In this document: positions 38,080 through 51,800 of the stretch, in pieces
Layout: each line of letters begins with the position of its first letter
Numbering within the stretch: the stretch's first letter is position 1
Assembly (NCBI RefSeq): GCF_963921235.1
Contig: NC_086108.1
Location: forward strand, 61,320,001-61,384,000
Direction: 5' to 3'
Source of the DNA: Mobula hypostoma
Taxonomy: Eukaryota
DNA length: 64,000 nt
Position numbers and translations under genes: made by a program
Notes under the pieces: generated by a model
What the model saw: the letters and a program-made list of their open reading frames with translations, nothing else
The model's database searches: none
Told to the model about the DNA's origin: nothing

Positions 38080-38640
38080 GCTAATTCCAGATTTGTTCTC
38101 AATTCTACAGTACTCCTTGGCCAATGCCTGTAGCCCTTTATTCTCTTTTGGCCATGACTACTGTCTCTTTATTTACTCAACAATATAATGTCCACAGCAG
38201 TATGGACAGATTCACAACTTTTTGAGAAGGAATTCCTCTGCACTTCACCCTTAAATAGTTAACCAAACCCCCAAATTCCAGAATGCTCTTGAAGGTAAAA
38301 TATCCTCAGAACATCCACCCTATCTTTCCCTCAGAATAATATATGTAATGAAATAACCTCTCACTCTTATGAACACCAAATTTTATTTTTCATTACGAGT
38401 CAAACCGCATCCCATGATTTTTGAATCTTTGCAAAACACTCTGAAAGGCCAGTTTATTCAAAACCAAAAATCTCTATGCCATGGCCTAGATGTAGGCCTA
38501 GCAAAACCCTGGTAAGTTGGAGCAAGAGTTCCCTACACTTGTATTCAGACCATCTGTGATAAAATTCAACATTCCATTACCCTTCTTAATTACTTGCTGT
38601 ACTTGCGTATCATCTTTTGGTTCTTTTTCCACCCTACTTT
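38080..38640 (-). mobile_element. Highly decayed CR1 fragment
   Basis: AGAAGGAATTCCTCTGCACTTC and AACATTCCATTACCCTTCTTAATTAC resemble the reverse complement of CR1 RT C-terminal coding sequence seen at 6690-7120. Confidence 0.6.
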
Positions 38641-38763
38641 TTCTTAAATAATAATCAATTGTGTAATACTATTTAGATAATGGAGCTTTTAATATTTTCC
38701 GAATGTGAAAAATGTTACATTTCCCCTCATTATATTCCACCTGTTCTCTATTTTGGCTTCTTA

Positions 38764-39310
38764 CTTCAAAGTTCAAAGTACATTCATTATCAAAGTATGC
38801 ATACACAATACAATCTTGAGATTGGTCTCCTTACAGGCAGCCACAAAACAAAGAAACCAAAAGAACCCATTAAAAAGAAGACAGTCAACCCCCGCAATGT
38901 GCAGGGAGGAAAAAAAAATGAATCATGCAAACAATAAAAGAAAACAAATAACATTCAGAATGAAAGTGAGTCCATAGACGCAAAACCCAGCACAGGCCAC
39001 AGCCTCAGTTCAGCGCAGAGCCGAGTAAACATCATGGAGCAGGCCCAGTGTTTAAATCATCCAAACATCGGGTCGTTCCTCGCCCTATGACCTGGGCTCT
39101 GTCACTTCAATATGCTCTGGGCCTGGATCCCGCCACCTGTTTCAGCCCATACATGACCTTTCCAAATCAGCTGGCGCTTAGATCAATCAAACTTCGGGTC
39201 TTGCCTTGCTCTCGGTTTGGTGGATGGGCCTTGCCTCAGCTCACCATGATTCTATTTTAACCTTGCTCACTTCGACCCTCGACTCTGCCTCGCCTCCGCT
39301 CGCTTCGATC
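38764..39310 (-). mobile_element. LINE-tail-bearing repeat fragment
   Basis: TTCAAAGTTCAAAGTACATTCATTATCAAAGTATG tail motif shared with the Rex-type 3' ends, followed by a GC/CpG-richer body. The family is uncertain. Confidence 0.55.
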
Positions 39311-39819
39311 ATTTTTACTGCTTTGAGTTCACTTTGTATTCTCCTCAGGACTTATTTTCCCACCTACCTTTGTACTGAGTGCAAACTTGCATGTATTATG
39401 TTTTGTACTTTGTTCTGTTATTAAATATCAAATTTCATCAGAACCTAGGACACACGACTAGTTAGTCTCCCAATCTGAAAATGACCCATTTATCACTACT
39501 CCCTTCTTTTTGTTAATTAATTCTCTGTTGAAATAGCTATATTATCTTCAAACCCAAGATTCTTAATTTGTAATATAATATTTCATATGGAAATTAATTA
39601 ACTGCTTTTCACAAAACCATCTATACCATAATAACAGAAAATGTTGGGAAGTGATGTCCCAGTTCTTAAGAAAGGTCTCTGGCCTAAAACATTAATCTGA
39701 TTCTCATTCCACAGACGCTGCCTCTCCTTCTGAATGTTTCCAGCATTTTCCTTTTTTATTTCAGATTTCCAGCACCTGTAGTTATTTTTGATATGCCAAA
39801 ATACTGTAGCCACTGGCTT

Positions 39820-40725
39820 CTCTAGAATTATGAAGCACAGAAACAGATACTTTGGCCCAACTCCTCCATGTTGACCAAGGTTAGTCCCATTTGCCTGCAT
39901 TTGATCCAACTCTCTGTAAAATTTCCATCCATGTATTTGTCTAAACATCTAAAAATTGCAGTTGTACTCGTTCAACCACTTCCTCTGGAAATTTGTTCTA
40001 GAATCCACCATCACTTGTATGAAAATGTTCCCCTGTGGTCCCTTTCAAATTATTCCCTTCTTACCTGTCACCTATACCCTCTAGTTTTCAATCCACCTAC
40101 TCTGAGAAAAAGACTGCAACACACACACAATGCTGGAGGAACTCAGCAGGTCAGGCAGCATCTATGGAAAAGAATATAGTTGACACTTTGGACCAAGATC
40201 TTTCATCAGCGTGAAACGTCGACTATGCTCTTTTCCGTAGATGTTGCCTGACCTATTGAGTTCTTCCAGCATTGTGTGTGTGTTGCTTGAATTTCTAGCA
40301 TCTGCAGATTTTCTCTTGTTTGAGAAAAAGACTGTGACTTTTCACCTTATCTAAGTTCCTGATGATTTTATTAACCTTTGTAATCTCACCTCTTAACTCC
40401 TACACTCCAGGTAAAATAATCACAGTCTATCCAGTTTCTCTTGTAACTCAATTCTTCCAATCACGACAACATCCTTGTGAATCTTTACTGAACCTCCTCT
40501 AGCTTAATCACATCCTTCTTATAGTATGGTGAGCAGAAATTTCTGAGAAAAATTTATTTGTATCCCCAGTTCCCCTGTTTTGCAACATTGCCCAGGGCCC
40601 TGTCATTCACCGTGTATGTCCTGCCCCGTTTTAACTTCCCAAAATGCATCATTTTACACTGTCTGATTTAAGTTGTACCTACCATTCCTTGGCCCATCTT
40701 CCCAGCATATCTAGAACCTATTATG
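39820..40725 (-). mobile_element. Decayed CR1 3' fragment hosting a mini-PLE
   Basis: CR1 3'-end-like AGCACAGAAACAG...TTTGGCCCAAC and AACATCCTTGTGAATCT...ACATCCTTCTTATAGTATGGTGAGCAGAA. Confidence 0.78.
40117..40320. mobile_element. Miniature inverted-arm Penelope-like insertion
   Basis: An antisense arm (40117-40209) is followed by a sense arm with tail (about 40212-40320). An exact TSD TGAGAAAAAGACTG lies at 40103-40116 and 40321-40334. Confidence 0.93.
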
Positions 40726-42477
40726 AACATTTTCAGACCTAGTTCTATTCTTAGTGACTTTATAAGTCTGTTCTTTCAATTTAATTCCATCCTGAGATGT
40801 GCATAGATAATTTCTGATCTGGAACTTTTAATCTCTGAAAGGCATGTACCATTGTTGAGAACTATGAAATATTTCTTAACATGTTCATTGAAGTACAAAT
40901 TCCTCAAGTACTGTAGACATTATTGCCCTCATTACGTGATTGGCTATTTAAGTTAAGGTTTCTAGTTTTGGACTCAAGTTTGTTAGATCGGTTGTGAAAT
41001 TCTGTAATATTAAGATATTAGTTTTTCAGAGAATCGATTACCTTTAGATTACCAAGTAACCCTTTCTCATTATAAATGAACCGATTTAAAGTTGTCTGTT
41101 TGCTGGGCTCACAACAATTTGTTATATTAATCCTTTTAGAATGCATTCCATGAACTTGTCCTCAAGGCCGCCTTCGAAAATTTAATTTGCTGAGTCTATA
41201 TAAAGATAAAAGCTCACCATTATTATTGCATTACTTTTGCTATCATTATTTCTCACTTGATGCTCTTTCCAGCAGTATAAGTACTATTAGGTGTCTACTC
41301 ACACAAGTGATTGTTGCTCGATATTATTCATTGTTTCTACCCGATCTGATTAGACTTCCTAATCTTCTAAAGCAAGATCTTTTCTCACTTTTGTCCTGGT
41401 GTCCTTCATTCTCAAAAGCTCCACCCCCACTTTTTCTTTCCCTCTTTTTGAAATGTCATGCACCCTCAAATGTTCATTGTGTTGGTCATCTTACAGCTCT
41501 GGCTAATAGATTAAACGCATTTATCTCCATTTGCAGGACCAATTCATCCATTTTTAAAGATAATTTTAGCATTATTTTTCCTTACGCTTATCTGATCTTG
41601 TGCTGTACTGTTACTATTATACCCTCTGTTCTTCCTGTCACATCTACTGATCGGTACCAACAGGCTATATTTCTTATATTTGAAAAAAATAACAACATTG
41701 AGATACATATATTGGCAATAATAAAAAAATTCTGTAAAACAATTTGAACATTCAGAAACAACCACTAGAATCCAAAATACCTATTTATTGCTTGGAAGAA
41801 TTCGAGGTGGATTATTCATTCTAAAGTACACTCAGATGTAGTTTTATCCAGTTGAAACTCAAAATGTGAATTTTATGGTGAAATCTAGGTTCTTGCAAAA
41901 CTATCCCTTTGGTTCCTGCTTCCAGTGGAAATATCTGCATGTCTGATGTAAGATACATTACATGTAGTTTGAAATATGCCCGTAGATTTGTGTCTGTGTT
42001 TTACAGTTCACTCATTTATCTTCTTCACCATCACAATGAAATGACAATGTGCTGTACCAAAACTCTAGAGGAATATCAATGTGAATAAATTATTCTGCTT
42101 GTTGGTTTTGTATAGATATTGACCTTGCAGCTGCATCTTTTATAACCTTCGTTTAAGGCTTAGTTTTTGTAATGTAGGAAAACAACGTAATGCTTTGGAA
42201 TTCCTGAGGAGCATGCAGTAACCCACATAATGAGCTTCTCGTGTCACCCCTTGCCAATATTAACCAGAACTAAAAAGGAGATCTGGGCTGGGACGGCTGG
42301 TCCTCATGCTGGCTGCTGACATTTTGAATAGATCTTTAAAGTGTACAGTGAAGTTGGATATCGTGTAGGAGAAAAAAAATTCTACTATAACAATTATCTC
42401 TTTTTCACTTTGGCTGTATCCCCTAGTTTGGCTTTTCTTACCTAACGGACACTAGCTTAAACAGGTATAGAGGACCA

Positions 42478-42752
42478 TCACCGAACTGTTCCCACAACCC
42501 ATGGACTCACTTTTGAGGAGTCTTCATTTAATGTTCTTGCTATTTATTGATTGTTCATTTATTTATTTTGTATTTGCAGTTTGTTGTCTTTTGCAAATTG
42601 GTTGTTTGTCTGTTTTGTTGAGTGCAGTCTTCCATCGATCCTATTGTTTGTTTTGTATTTACTGTGTATGCCTACAAGAAAATGAATCTCAGGGCTGTAT
42701 ATTGTGACATATATGTATGTACTTTGATAACAAATTTACCTTGAACTTTCAA
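42478..42752 (+). mobile_element. LINE 3'-UTR fragment (probably Rex/Babar family)
   Basis: AAGAAAATGAATCTCAGGGCTGTATATTGTGACATATATG...TTTACCTTGAACTTT. Confidence 0.75.
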
Positions 42753-44029
42753 CCAGTTGAATTATTCACTGTTGAATCAGGCTGGATCATGGAGAATACC
42801 AGTATGCCCTGCTCTTATCTGCCCAAATTGCTTACTGCTTCCAAATCTTCCTGGAATTTAAAGAAAGTGGTTTATTCTCCACTTTAAACTATCTCCTTGG
42901 TCACTCAATTCTGCCTCCCACGACAGGAATCATGAGCCAAGCTTTCGATTATCTTCCCCAACACCTTCTTAAGCCATTAAGCACAGGCTGTCTTTGCTAA
43001 TTCTTCCATGTAGGAATCTGCTACTTTCTAACCTGCTGTAAATTCAGCAAATGAGTTGGTTTCAGACAATTTCAAGTAAATTTACTATTAGTGGCAAGTG
43101 GCTGTCCTCATCTGACATGTCATAGGACATCAAGTCTTAGAAATAGTTCCACAAAATCCATTACTTAGAAATTGGATCACAAGCTCCCATATGATGTGCA
43201 AACCAGATAAATGGAATTAATTTGACTAATATTAGTCCAGCACTTACTTCCTTGTAAAAGTGCCGACTGGGAAACTGATGCAGGCATTTCTGTGCCCAGT
43301 TCCAATTAGTTTATCAGTATTTTTCCAACATCAGAAGCACTCCTGATTGCAACTCTATTAGGAAAATACCCAATTCCATCAACGGTATTATAAATTGGAA
43401 CTCAGAGGTGCAGTTGTGGGACAGTTTTGGAAGAACAAGGAGTGCATTGTGCCAGTTTGATTTTTGTTATTTAATGGGAGCACCTCTGCAAGGAAGAGAA
43501 ACCCAAGAGGAGAGAAAGAGGGCAGTTTAGCGGGGAGCTGAATGGCATTGGAGAGAGAAAGGGTATAGGGAAGTAGATGTGGGAAATGGAGTTGATGGAA
43601 AGGTGAATTTTGCAACTTTCTTCCTCAAATGGAAGTAGAACTATTCTTTGAACACTTTCAAGTCAGAGTTACTGTTTTGGGAAAGAAACAGATGAAAAGT
43701 TATCAGAGGTAGATAAAATCGAAGAAGTTTAGGAAATTTTACAGAGAACTCAATTAGTGGAAAATGCAATGGTGATAGCACATTGAAAAATGATGAAATT
43801 TAATTTATGAGCATAATTGTACTGGACCTATGTGTTAATTATGCAATGGCCCTGCCAGTATTTATACTGACCGTGATAAGAACAGGTATGCATGCCAGCT
43901 GTCAACTGGCCCAGGGCAGAGTCCAAGTGAAGTCAGATATCTGTGACATCTAAACCAGGGAAATTTGCATTCCAATTTTGGATAGGAACAGAAAGATTGT
44001 TTCTGAAAATATAGACCTAAACTTGAATA

Positions 44030-44690
44030 CCATGCTAGAAGACGTGCCAGCCATTTCGTCAAATGTTCTAGCCTCCAGATTTGTGGAACAAAAAGTGAGA
44101 ACCTCCTGCGTAGGGGATGTATTGCATAATCTCCCAACAACATCACCTCACCAGCTTCCCAAAAACCACAAGAAATCCACTACCAAGATCATGCAGCCAA
44201 TTGAATTTTAAAGAGTGTGTGCAGGAAATTTATGGCAGGAGGTGAAGGGAGACATAGGCCAGATTGGACGTAAACTCTCAACTTGTGTACAGGAAAACCA
44301 ATTAGAGGTATGAAGACATGATCCATTGTTGCTAATCTCAGTACATGAAGACCAAGAAGGACACCATTTTAACTGGTACACTACGGTGGTTCTGGCGCAG
44401 GCAAACTCAAGGAAGCCACAAGAATTTTTAGAAGTGTGGTTCTCTTATAATAATTCTGTAAACAAACATACTGAAATGGACGTCATCTACAAACCCCTCA
44501 GGGCCAAATAAATCCAAGCCAATAGAATTCAAAGGTCAACTGAAGGGGTAGCCAATCAGAACTGAGACAAGTAAACAAGACGCTATATAAACACGAGCAC
44601 TTCCAGAGATAGACACCAACAACTGTGCACTGAGAATGTCACCTCTACTGGCTAATTGCCAAGCTCGGCAAACATCACAACAACAAAGAT
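44030..44690 (+). mobile_element. Decayed Penelope-like element of a second family (GIY-YIG C-terminus plus 3' UTR)
   Basis: Translation from about 44254: IGQIGRKLSTCVQENQLEV*RHDPLLLISVHEDQEGHHFNWYTTVVLAQANSRKPQEFLEVWFSYNNSVNKHTEMDVIYKPLR. This fits the YIGQTGR..H...HxF.W...RxxLE...N pattern. A degenerate CTGAGAATGTCACC box lies near 44630. Confidence 0.75.
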
Positions 44691-45130
44691 GAGGGGGATC
44701 ACTATGGGTACTGAGGTCATAAGGCTGTTAAAATGGAAAGGGCCTTGCCTTGATGTTATTTATTCAAAAGTGACAAATAAGCAATTTACTAGGTAATGCA
44801 GGCAATGAAGACAGACATGGCACTCCTTTATATTGCTGCAAAGTGAGCAAACTACAAGAGCTCAATCATGGTTTTGTAAAAAGCTATGAGGCAGTCAGGA
44901 TTGAAATAGATGATAAATTCCTAAAGTGGCAGAAGTTCCCCCATTTATTCCTCAACTTATATATCATCTTCCTTAATTCAAATTCAATAAAGATTTTGTA
45001 TGTTAGAGATTTTGATTTTGCTTTAGCTTGCTGTCTGCTAAGCAAAGAAATACAGCTCAGACTGAGGGATTTTGATCAAAACTTCTGTTTGGACCATCTT
45101 ACCATATGTTTTCTTGCCTAGATGTGAGAT

Positions 45131-47684
45131 CAATGGTTCCCAAAGCGGGCAATATCTAAGGGAGTTTCTAGATGGCCAACAAAGATGAAAAGGGCAATGG
45201 AGGGAGGCAGTTGGTAGCAAGGGGTGCAGCTGGAGGTTAACAGCCTTAATTTAAGAAGTTAATTACTTATTATAAGAATTTGATCCTCAGTGGCTCAAAA
45301 TTGATTACAATGATCATGTAATCATCTCATCTCTTGCTAACCCACCATTCTCTTAGACTTTGCTCAAAGTGTGTTATAGTTGTTGAAAAGCAATGTGACA
45401 CTTCTGTAATTGTCATATAATGAGAAATATGGATGGAAGAAATCATGTCATTTCTGGGCCCGACTCCACATTATTGCCATTCAATACTACAGTACAGTGT
45501 TAGCAAGTATGATTCTCACATTCTAGTCACATAGTGACGCAATTCCTATGAATTAGGAAATGGCACTCAATGGGGTAAGTTTGATTCTCCCATTTCAAAT
45601 GGTCTTGACTGCATTTCTCTAGCCTACAACCTAACAAAGGTATCGTGGTCACACATTATGTACCTTCAAGACAGAGAGTCAGGAGTTGCCTGAGATATGA
45701 TGACTCATAACTCTCCCCTTTCTTTATCACAGCACTTGAGGGAGGAATTAAACAATAGGTGAATGACTGTGGCAGTTAATCCAAAATGAAAAAGAAGTGT
45801 AGCCAATACAGTGTGGAGTATCTGAAGTATGGATTTATACCAGCACCAAGCAACCAACCGCCACCAATGTATTTGTTGTGTGAAAAGTAGTTTTCCAAAT
45901 GCAGTGATGAAACTGTCCAGGCTTATTGAACATTTGAAGAGAATACATTCGGATAAAGTAAACAAGAACTTGGATTACCATCAGTCACCTTGTGAAAACT
46001 TTTAGAAACCGAATACACTTAAAGACATGTTTGCCAGTCTTTACAACTAAACAGGAATGGTTTGTGTGCTTCATACAACATCTCATTGCTCATTGATACA
46101 TCTAGAAAGACAATACAATTGGAGAAGAACTGATTTTGCCAGCAGTAAGGGAGGTTCTGAGTAAGTTTTGTGTAAATCACCAGACCAAATAATTAAATCA
46201 ATTCCACTCAGTTACAACTCTGTTCAAAGACGAATAAATGAAATGCCTGAGAATATGGGAGACACATTGTGCAACATATTTAGGACAACAAAATTTGTTC
46301 TACATTTGAGTGAATCAACTTTGTCAGGCAGTGAATGTTTGCTTCATAAAAGATTCAAGAATTGTTATTTGCAAGGGAACTAAAAAGGTACAAAATGGGA
46401 GTCAATATTTCAGGTTCTTGAGCAATTTTTCAAGAAGGAGGACAGTCCACTCACCAATACGCCATTATGGAGTTAATACTTACCTGAAAAAAACTGTACC
46501 TAAAACATTTACTACTCATTGTGTAATTCACAGGCAACATCTTGTCACAAAGACTAAGTGATTGGCCGCACAAAGCATTAAATACTGCTCACACAGTGGT
46601 AAATAAAATCAAGTCCCATGATCTCATTTCTCGACTATTTCAAGAGGTTTGTATTGAGAATGATGAACAGTCTGAACGCTTGCTATTGAACACAGAAATC
46701 AGATGGCTCTCAAAAAGAAACTGCCTGAGACACTTTAATGTGCTTTTTGAAACTGTGATAAAATCCTTTGAAGATTCAAATGCTTCATTCAGTAATCAAT
46801 TCAAGAATGTTAGGCATGACACTGCTTACTTGTCAGAATTATTTGCAATGTTTAATGAAATCAATCTTCCATTACAAGGAAATTATATGAATCTTATCAA
46901 AGCCAGATCAGTTGCCCCACATTTCTGCACTTAATCTTATTTAAGTGTAGCATTGGTGGTTGTGACCGTTTCCTATTTCTGAGCCTTTTTCAGTTGAAAG
47001 AGAATTAACAGATGATTATCTTCAAGTATACTGTGACCACCTGGGTGAGCTGCATAAAGACATGTCAGAGAGATTTCAGGATCTTCTCTTGATCCAAATT
47101 CCAGATTGGGTAATTAAGCACTTTAAAAGAAGAATTAACAGGTAGGATGAAGGAAGAACTGATCATGCTCCAAAATGACTGAGCTGAAGCTAAGGTTAAA
47201 AAAAACTTATCAAGACTATCCTGCTCTATGGAAAAAGGTCAAAATGTTTTTTATTGCCTTTCCAACATCAGATTTAGTGAAGCGTGGTTTCTGTGCAGTC
47301 ACCCAGCTTCTTTTAAAGCAATGAAACAGACTATATATACTGAATGTGGGAATCTGAGACTCCTTCAGCCTGATGTTAAGAAGCTGCACCAAGCCTATCC
47401 ATTTCAATGAAAGGTGAAAAAGCAATGAGGTAGTGAATAGTTGGACAACTAACCTACGCTCTAAAATTGTGGATGAAAATTGCTTTTACTGTAGCTTTAA
47501 ATAGATTTGAATAATTTTTGCAATTATTTGTCTTTGAATTTTCAGTTTCTATTTTCTTTCACTGTGCATTGTAAATCAAAGTTCCTCATAATTTTTATGT
47601 AATAGCTTGAAAGGGAGAAGGGCTTGCTGGGGACGTGGTCTGGGAGTCAAGGGGGAGTAACCCCACAATCTTTGGGAACCACTG
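45131..47684 (+). mobile_element. Full-length but decayed hAT Buster/Charlie-type DNA transposon
   Basis: TIRs CAATGGTTCCCAAAG and CTTTGGGAACCACTG. Transposase remnants include a BED-finger-like YSVEYLKYGF..PMYLLC..MKLSRLIEHLKRIH, IPLSYNSVQRRI, THCVIHRQHL and NTEIRWLS, with many frameshifts and stops. Confidence 0.92.
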
Positions 47685-47821
47685 CATTAGATACATCAGG
47701 AAAACACATGCAAAGGAACTATTTCCTAACACAAAGGGGAAAACATTTGTAACATTTCATAACACACAGTCCTTTTCTAAAACTTTTTCTGAGCCCACCT
47801 TTTGTGTCTTGTCTCATTCAG

Positions 47822-48165
47822 CAATACAAATAGAAAATGCTGGAAGTATCCAGAAAGTCCAACGGCATCCTAAACCAAAAACAAAATTAACGTTAACTGC
47901 ACTTCTCTCCGCACAGATGCTGCTTGACTTGCTGAGCTCTTTCAGGATTTTCTGTGGTTTTATCAACCACAGAAAATCATTTTTGTTACTTAAGCAGCCT
48001 TTGCCATCTTCCCTCTCACTTATTTTCCTTTTCTTTCTTTCTACCTTCTCCTGAACCCCAAGCATATATACATCTTCCTCGCCTCTGATTCTTAAAACAT
48101 TTCTCCCAGTTCTGGTGAAAGATTTCACTCTCCACAGATGCTGTCTGACCTGCTAACCTTTTCTG
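47822..48165. mobile_element. Old Penelope-like 3'-end fragments
   Basis: Two CACAGATGCTG(C/T)..GAC(T/C)TGCT motifs (47913, 48134) plus an antisense AGAAAATGCTGGAA start. Confidence 0.6.
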
Positions 48166-48811
48166 ATTATTTCATATAAACTGAGAATATTGCATTAAAT
48201 ATTAACTCATATCAGCCAGGTGTATCTTACAATAGTGTAATGAACAAGTCAAGTATCTCAGTTTGCAGCAACCTTCACTTCACATTACTTATTCAAATCT
48301 CTCCTAAATTGCTTAGTTTAGAAGTAGACTCATCTGAAGTGGAATAGCACGATATGCAGGAAAATAGATGGAAACGAAATCTCATTGATTGCATATTAGT
48401 GAAATCATTATTGCAACAATGCCATGAAATTTTGCACGATGTAATTCATAGGGTATTACATACGAACAAAATTGTTATTCAAACTATAGTTTTGAGTATC
48501 ATTTGTATTTTGTGATCTGCAGTGTAAAGTGACTTTCTGAAGTATGGATTATAATAACATTCTAATTATATGATTGTAAAATAAATTAATAAGCTTACAT
48601 CATCCGTGTTTCCATCCTGCTACGTGAGTTGATTCACAGTCACTCATGCACTACTGACCTCCGTTTGCAGTAATTGTACATCAATCGACAAGAAGTCAAA
48701 GGTAAGTGTGCTGTTTAGCAACGCTCATTGCTTTACCCATGAGTAATGTTCTTTTATTTTTGCTCAAGTATGACCTTTTACAGGATATTCTTAGAATTCT
48801 ACTTTGCATCA

Positions 48812-51800
48812 TAATGTAAAGTGGCTGAGGAGTTGGTGCAGGGGGCAGGGTTTTAAATTTTTGGATCATTGGGATCTCTTCTGGGGAAGGTGGGACCTTT
48901 ACAGATTGGATGGGTTGCACCTGAACTCGAGGGGGAGCGATATCCTTGCAGGTAGGTTTGCTGGCATGGTTCGGGGGCGGGGTTTAAACTAATTTGCGAG
49001 GGGGATGGAACCTGGAGCGTTAGAGCAGTGAAAGAAGTGCATGGAGTAAAGCCAGATCTAACATACAGAGAGGCCTTGAGGAAAGAGATGTAGAATAAAG
49101 TGTGTAAAGGTAGGAAGGTAGAAGGGCTGAAATGTGTGTACCTCAATGCAAGAAGCATAAGGAACAAAGGTGATGAACTGAGAGCTTGGATACACACATG
49201 GAATTATGATGTAGTGGCCATTACAGAGACTTGGCTGGCACCAGGGCAGGAATGGATTCTCAATATTCTTGGATTTCAGTGCTTTAAAAGGGTTAGAGAG
49301 GGGGAAAAAGGGGAGGAGGAGGGGTGGAATTACTGGTTAGGGATACTATTACAGCTACAGAAAGGTGGGTAATATAGCAGGATCTTCTTTTGAGTCAGTA
49401 TGGGTGGAAGTCAGGAACAGGAAGGGAGCAGTTACTCTATTGGGAATATTCTATAGGCCCCTGATAGCAGCAGAGATACCGAGGAGTAGATTGGGAGGCA
49501 GATTTTGGAAAGGTGCAAAAATAACAGGGTTGTTATCATGAGTGACTTTAACGTCCCTAATATAGATTGGCACCTGATTAGTTCCAATGGTTTAGACAGG
49601 GCACAGTTTGTTAAGTGTGTCCAGGATGAATTCCTGTCACAGTATGTTGACAGGCCAACTAGGGGGAATGCTATGCTAGATCTAGTATTAGGTAACGAAT
49701 TGAGTCAGATCACAGATCTCTCAGTGGGTGAGCATCTGGAGGACAGTGACCACTGCTCCCTGGCCTTTAGCATTATCATGGAAAAGGATAGAATCAGAGA
49801 GGACAGGAAAATTTTTAATTGGGGAAGGGCAAATTATGAGGCTATAAGGCTAGAACTTGTGTGTGTGTATTGGGATGATGTTCTTGCAGGGAAATATACT
49901 ATGGACATGTGGTCGATGTTGAGCGATCTCTTGAAGGATGTTAGGGATAAATTTGTCCTGGTGAGGAAGATCAAGAATGGTAGGGTGAAGGAACCATGGG
50001 TGACAAGTGAGGTGGAAAATCTAGCCAGGTGGAAGAAGGCAGCATACATGAGGTTTAGTTGAGGAATATAGGGTAGCAAGAAAGAAGTTTAATAAGGGGC
50101 TGAGGAGAGCAAGAAGGGGGCATCAGAATGCCTTGGCGAGTAGGATAAAGGAAAACCCCAAGGCATTCTTCAATTATGTGAAGAAGAAAAGGATGACAGG
50201 AGTGAACGTAGGACCGATGAAAGATAAAGGTGGGAAGATGTGCCTGGAGCGAGGTCCTCAATGAATACTTCTCTTCAGTATTCACCAATGAGTGGGAACT
50301 TGATAACAGTGAGGACAGTATGAGTGAGGAGCATGTTGATATTAAGGAAGAGGAAGTGTTGGAATTATTAAAATACATTAGGACGGATAAGTCCCCAGGG
50401 CCTGACGGAATATTCTCCAGGCTGCTCCACGAGGCGAGAGAAGAGATTACTGAGCCTCTGGCTAGGATCTTTATGTCCTCGTTGTCCACGGGAATGGTAC
50501 CGGAGGATTGGAGGGAGGCGAATGTTGTCCCCTTGTTTAAAAAAGGTAGTAGGGATAGTCTGGGTAATTATAGACCGGTGAGCCTTACATCTGTGGTGGG
50601 AAACCTGTTGGAAAAGATTCTTAGAGGTAGGATCTATGGGCATTTAGAGAATCATGGTCTGATCAGCGAGAGTCAGAATGGCTTTGTGAAGGGCAGATCG
50701 TGTCTAACAAGCCTGACAGAGTTCTTTGAGGAGTTGACCAGGCATATAAATGAGGGCAGTGCAGTGGATGTGATCTACATGGATTTCAGTAAGGTATTTG
50801 ACAAGGTTCCACATTGTAGGCGTATTCAGAAAGTCAGAAGGTATGGGATCCAGGGAAATTTGGCCAGGTAGATTCAGAATTGGCTTGCCTGCAGAAAGCA
50901 GAGGGTCATGGTAGAGGGAGTACATTCAGACTGTGACTAGTGGTGTCCCACAAGGATCTGTTCTGGGACCTCTACTTTTCGTGATTTTTATTAATGACCT
51001 GGATGTGGGAGTAGAAGGGTGGGTTGGCAAGTTTGCAGACAACACAAAGGTTGGTGGTGTTGTAGATAGTGTAGAGGATTGTCGAAGATTGCAGAGAGAC
51101 ATTGATAGGATGCAGAAGTGAGCTGAGAAGTGGCAGATGGAGTTCAACCTGGAGAAGTGTGAGGTGGTACACCTTGGAAGGACAAACTGCAAGGCAGAGT
51201 ACAAAGTAAATGGCAGGATACTTGGTAGTGTGGAGGAGCAGAGGGATCTGGGGGTACAGGTCCACAGATCATTGAAAGTTGCCTCACAGGTAGATAGGGT
51301 AGTTAAGAAAGCTTATGGGGTGTTAGCTTTCATAAGTTGAGGGATAGAGTTTAAGAGCCGCGAGGTAATGATGCAGCTCTATAAAACTCTGGTTAGGCCA
51401 CACTTGGAGTACTGTGTCCAGTTCCAGTTGCCTCACTATAGGAAGGATGTGGAAGCATTGGAAAGGGTATGGAGGAGATTTACCAGGATGCTGCCTGGTT
51501 TAGAGAGTATGCATTATGCTCAGAGATTAAAGGAGCTAGGGCTTTACTCTTTGGAAAGAAGGAGGATGAGAGGAGACATGATAGAGATATACAAGATATT
51601 AAGAGGAGTAGATAGAGTGGATAGCCAGCGCCTCTTCCCCAGGGCACCACTGCTCAATACAAGAGGACATGGCTTTAAGGTAAGAGGTGGGAAGTTCAAG
51701 GGGGATATTAGAGGAAGGTTTTTTACTCAGAGAGTGGTTGGTGCGCGGAATACATTGCCTGAGTCAGTGGTGGAGGCAGATACACTAGTGAAGTTTAAGA

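Noticed and set aside
41187..41747. 186-aa ORF
   Set aside because: TTG start, T-rich low-complexity composition, no recognisable domain or splice support.
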